A stretch of 64,000 nt of DNA. It comes from an uncultured Gammaproteobacteria bacterium (GTDB lineage Bacteria; Patescibacteriota; Patescibacteriia; UBA11705; DATKZF01). Below, piece by piece: positions 61,335-64,000 of the stretch. The notes under the pieces are model-generated. The model ran no database searches, was not told where the DNA came from, and saw only the letters and a program-made list of their open reading frames with translations. The DNA lies in contig CAYPKD010000003.1 in the NCBI GenBank assembly GCA_964411255.1, positions 16,477-80,476 on the forward strand, given 5' to 3'. How positions within the stretch are numbered: position 1 is the stretch's first letter; the number at the start of each line of letters is the position of its first letter. A program made the translations under genes and the position numbers.

Positions 61335-62204
61335 TTATTTAACAACGTTTTTCAAATAATCTAAAAATTCTTTCTTTAATTTCGGATTTTTTAATCCAAA
61401 ATGGACATTTGCTCTCAAATAACCATGCTTGTTTCCACAATCATAATATTCTCCATCAAATTCATAAGCATAGCCCGGCTCCTTTTTTATTAATTTATTA
61501 AAACCGTCAGTAAACCATATCTCGCCGGACTTGCCTGCCTTAATATTTTCCAGTTCTTTAAAAATCTGTGGAGACAATACATATCTCATGCCCTGAATGG
61601 CTAAATTGGATGGGGATTTCTTTACTTCTGGTTTTTCAACCAAACTTTTTATTTTATGTATATGATCCTCGGATGAAATCGGATTAGCTATCCCATATCT
61701 GTCAACCAATTTTTTATCAACCTGCTTTACGCCCACATAATTACCCGGTTCTTTTTTATAACTGTCTAAAAGCTGCTTGGTCACTGGCACTTTGCTTTCA
61801 ATAATGCTATCACCGTCTGACAATACAAATGGTTCATTGCCAATAATTTCTTTCGCCATCAATACTGCATGGCCATTTCCTAATGGTTTATTTTGACGAA
61901 CATAAATGAATTTTGCCATTTGAGAAATTTTTCTCACCTCATGCAATATGTCTTTTTTTCCTTTACCCTCCAGCAGATGCTCTAATTCAAAAGACGGATC
62001 AAAATGGTCCTCAATTGCCCGTTTTGTCCGGCCAGTTACAAAAATTACTTCTTTAATGCCTGAAGCTACTAATTCCTCCACAATATATTGAATCACTGGC
62101 TTATCAACCACTGTCAGCATTTCTTTTGGCTGAGCAATTGTTGCAGGCAAAAACCTGGTGCCAAATCCAGCAGCAATTATCACTGCTTTTTTAATTTCTT
62201 TCAT
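61335..62204 (-). CDS. galU: UTP--glucose-1-phosphate uridylyltransferase
   Basis: AAGFGTRFLPAT..PKEML.VVDKP.IQY, KRAIEDHFD, VEKP, YDCGNK. Confidence 0.95.
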   Translation of the reverse strand: MKEIKKAVIIAAGFGTRFLPATIAQPKEMLTVVDKPVIQYIVEELVASGIKEVIFVTGRTKRAIEDHFDPSFELEHLLEGKGKKDILHEVRKISQMAKFIYVRQNKPLGNGHAVLMAKEIIGNEPFVLSDGDSIIESKVPVTKQLLDSYKKEPGNYVGVKQVDKKLVDRYGIANPISSEDHIHKIKSLVEKPEVKKSPSNLAIQGMRYVLSPQIFKELENIKAGKSGEIWFTDGFNKLIKKEPGYAYEFDGEYYDCGNKHGYLRANVHFGLKNPKLKKEFLDYLKNVVK

Positions 62205-62331
62205 ACAAATACAAAAAAAACGAGAATGTTTATTCCATTATATTTTACCACATTTTGCTATTTGGGTACAAAGAATTTATAAACATGTTTAAATTGAAAA
62301 GAACATCCAAATGGATGTTCTGTCCTAGTCT

Positions 62332-63459
62332 TCAGATCCAGCAGTCTGGATCTTCAGCTAGGTAGTCACTCTCTTTGGAATAAGCTCGTGCTCTGCAACC
62401 ACCACACTGATATTTTTTATTGCAAGATCCGCATTTTCCCTTTAAATTCATGTCCAGCATATTATGGACAATCTGACTTTGCCTGTATCTCTCTGTTATT
62501 TCCGTTATTGATAACGGAAAGACATTCATCATTGGTATAGGCAGCAAAGCGCATGGCGTCATTGTGCCATCAGCTCCCACATTGAATGTAACCGCAGCAG
62601 CAGAACAACCATCAAAAATCACCTGTCCAGCTTTGCCAACATGACTGATGCCACGAAGCAAACATTTCAACGGGTCATTGGTCTCTACTTTAAATCCGTC
62701 GGTGTAGCAAGCTTTCAATTGATATATGTTTTTCAAAAACTGATGCTTTTCTTCAGCACTCATCCATAAGTGTTGATCAGACTTGGCTCGACCAACTGGA
62801 TGAATTGCAGAAAAACTCACTCGCTTGCAGCCCAACTGATGAACAAAAGCCGCCATTTCAAACATTTGAGGAATTTGCTCCGGCCGTAAGGTCATTCTGG
62901 CAGACGAAATTACATTTGGCAGGTCAGCTGAAACAATCATGCGTAAAGCATTAATCGCCCTCTCAAACGCCCCTTGTCTTTGCCTGAATTGGTCATGCTC
63001 TGTTTCAACTAGGCTATCTAAACTGACAGACAAGGTGAATTTAGAAAAATTCAATCTTTTGATAAGTTTCAAATGTCTCTTAGCCAATGCCCATCCATTA
63101 GTAGTCAAAGTTACAGACTGACCTCCGTTTGCCCTTACTTTTTTCAATACTTTCTCAAACTGGTGATGAAGCAATGGCTCACCGCCAGATAAAAGTATTT
63201 CTTTATAGCTAGGGCTAAACTGGCGGGCAAACTTCACAATCTTTAAGATCTGCTTAATGGGCATATCCTGCTTCAACTCGTTCGCTGCACGACAATGCTG
63301 ACATGTCATATTACATCGGCCAGTTATTTGAATCTGTATTTGCCCAAACTGTATCTGATAGATTGCTTTTTCAGTTTCTACTTCAAGGCGCTTTTTAGTC
63401 TGTACAGAGTCAGATGAAAAACAACTGAAGCAAGAAAATTCATCTGGATGTGTTCTCAT
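62332..63459 (-). CDS. Radical SAM / SPASM-domain protein
   Basis: CNMTCQHC, SGGEPL, TTNG, VSLD; SPASM GC..GTMTPC..CGSC..CGGCRARA..DPDC. Confidence 0.93.
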   Translation of the reverse strand: MRTHPDEFSCFSCFSSDSVQTKKRLEVETEKAIYQIQFGQIQIQITGRCNMTCQHCRAANELKQDMPIKQILKIVKFARQFSPSYKEILLSGGEPLLHHQFEKVLKKVRANGGQSVTLTTNGWALAKRHLKLIKRLNFSKFTLSVSLDSLVETEHDQFRQRQGAFERAINALRMIVSADLPNVISSARMTLRPEQIPQMFEMAAFVHQLGCKRVSFSAIHPVGRAKSDQHLWMSAEEKHQFLKNIYQLKACYTDGFKVETNDPLKCLLRGISHVGKAGQVIFDGCSAAAVTFNVGADGTMTPCALLPIPMMNVFPLSITEITERYRQSQIVHNMLDMNLKGKCGSCNKKYQCGGCRARAYSKESDYLAEDPDCWI

Positions 63460-63464
63460 TTCAA

Positions 63465-63578
63465 TCAATCACAAATTCTGCAGCTGCCCTTGCCAAGGTC
63501 AGCCTTGACCTTAGGTTTGGAAGACTGCTTTTTCTTTTTTACCAGAGCTTTTTTCTTTTTGGTTTTTGGCTTGCTCAT
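63465..63578 (-). CDS. 37-aa Lys-rich peptide, candidate RiPP precursor
   Basis: AGGAGG at 63585-63590, ATG 63578, translates MSKPKTKKKKALVKKKKQSSKPKVKADLGKGSCRICD*, stop 5 nt before the rSAM ATG. Confidence 0.72.
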   Translation of the reverse strand: MSKPKTKKKKALVKKKKQSSKPKVKADLGKGSCRICD

Positions 63579-63821
63579 GCCAAACCTCCTTATATTCCAT
63601 AACCTTCCAATTTAGCTGAAAATTCAGGCTGAATTTTCACTTAGCAATATACGCTAAAAGGGCGGTTAATGGCTATGTGAACGAACGCCCTCAACATTGC
63701 TGAAGGTATTTAAATCTTATTATTAAATAAAAAAAATTGCAAATTCAAATAACATTTGACATTATAATTAATTTATAATAAATTTAACTGATGGCTTTTG
63801 TAGCAGAATAAGGAGGGCAAA

Positions 63822-64000
63822 ATGAAAAAAACTAAATTGCGATTTTACATTTTGAGTGTTTTAATTTCATTTTCTATTATTGCCTGCGGACCAGATAAAT
63901 TTATTTCAAGAAATAATCTATTTATCAATCCGCGCGACAGCGGGGATCCAGACGGAGTAAACATTGAACCTCATATAAAATGTAAACCAAATTCAGAAAT
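63822..64000 (+). CDS. Putative lipoprotein (truncated by window end)
   Basis: AGGAGG RBS, MKKTKLRFYILSVLISFSIIACGPD lipobox-like signal, open to the end. Confidence 0.7.
   Translation, partial: MKKTKLRFYILSVLISFSIIACGPDKFISRNNLFINPRDSGDPDGVNIEPHIKCKPNSE

Overview
AT-rich bacterial chromosome segment that looks like a Patescibacteria (CPR, Parcubacteria-like) genome: a stand-alone 16S rRNA gene with primer-site substitutions, six tRNAs, housekeeping genes (rpsP, khpA, trmD, truD, smc, ruvC, yebC, galU, class A PBP), a six-gene array of CPR-type pilin-like proteins and five GT-C-like membrane proteins. Accessory content includes four tandem PEGA-repeat lipoproteins, a vWA / kinase-nucleotidyltransferase fusion / ADP-ribosylglycohydrolase / amidohydrolase / CoaB / CoaC cluster, and a 7TM + four ATP-grasp ligase operon. 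The most notable signals are not in the ORF track: (1) a ~0.9 kb non-coding array upstream of a Ro60/TROVE gene holding four Y-RNA-like elements with a constant stem and variable internal modules, plus a second repeat class; (2) a type III hammerhead ribozyme motif between a ~300-nt structured RNA and tRNA-Cys; (3) an unannotated 37-aa Lys-rich, CxxC-ending peptide gene abutting a radical SAM/SPASM gene. All calls come from reading the sequence by eye; no database searches or folding programs were run.
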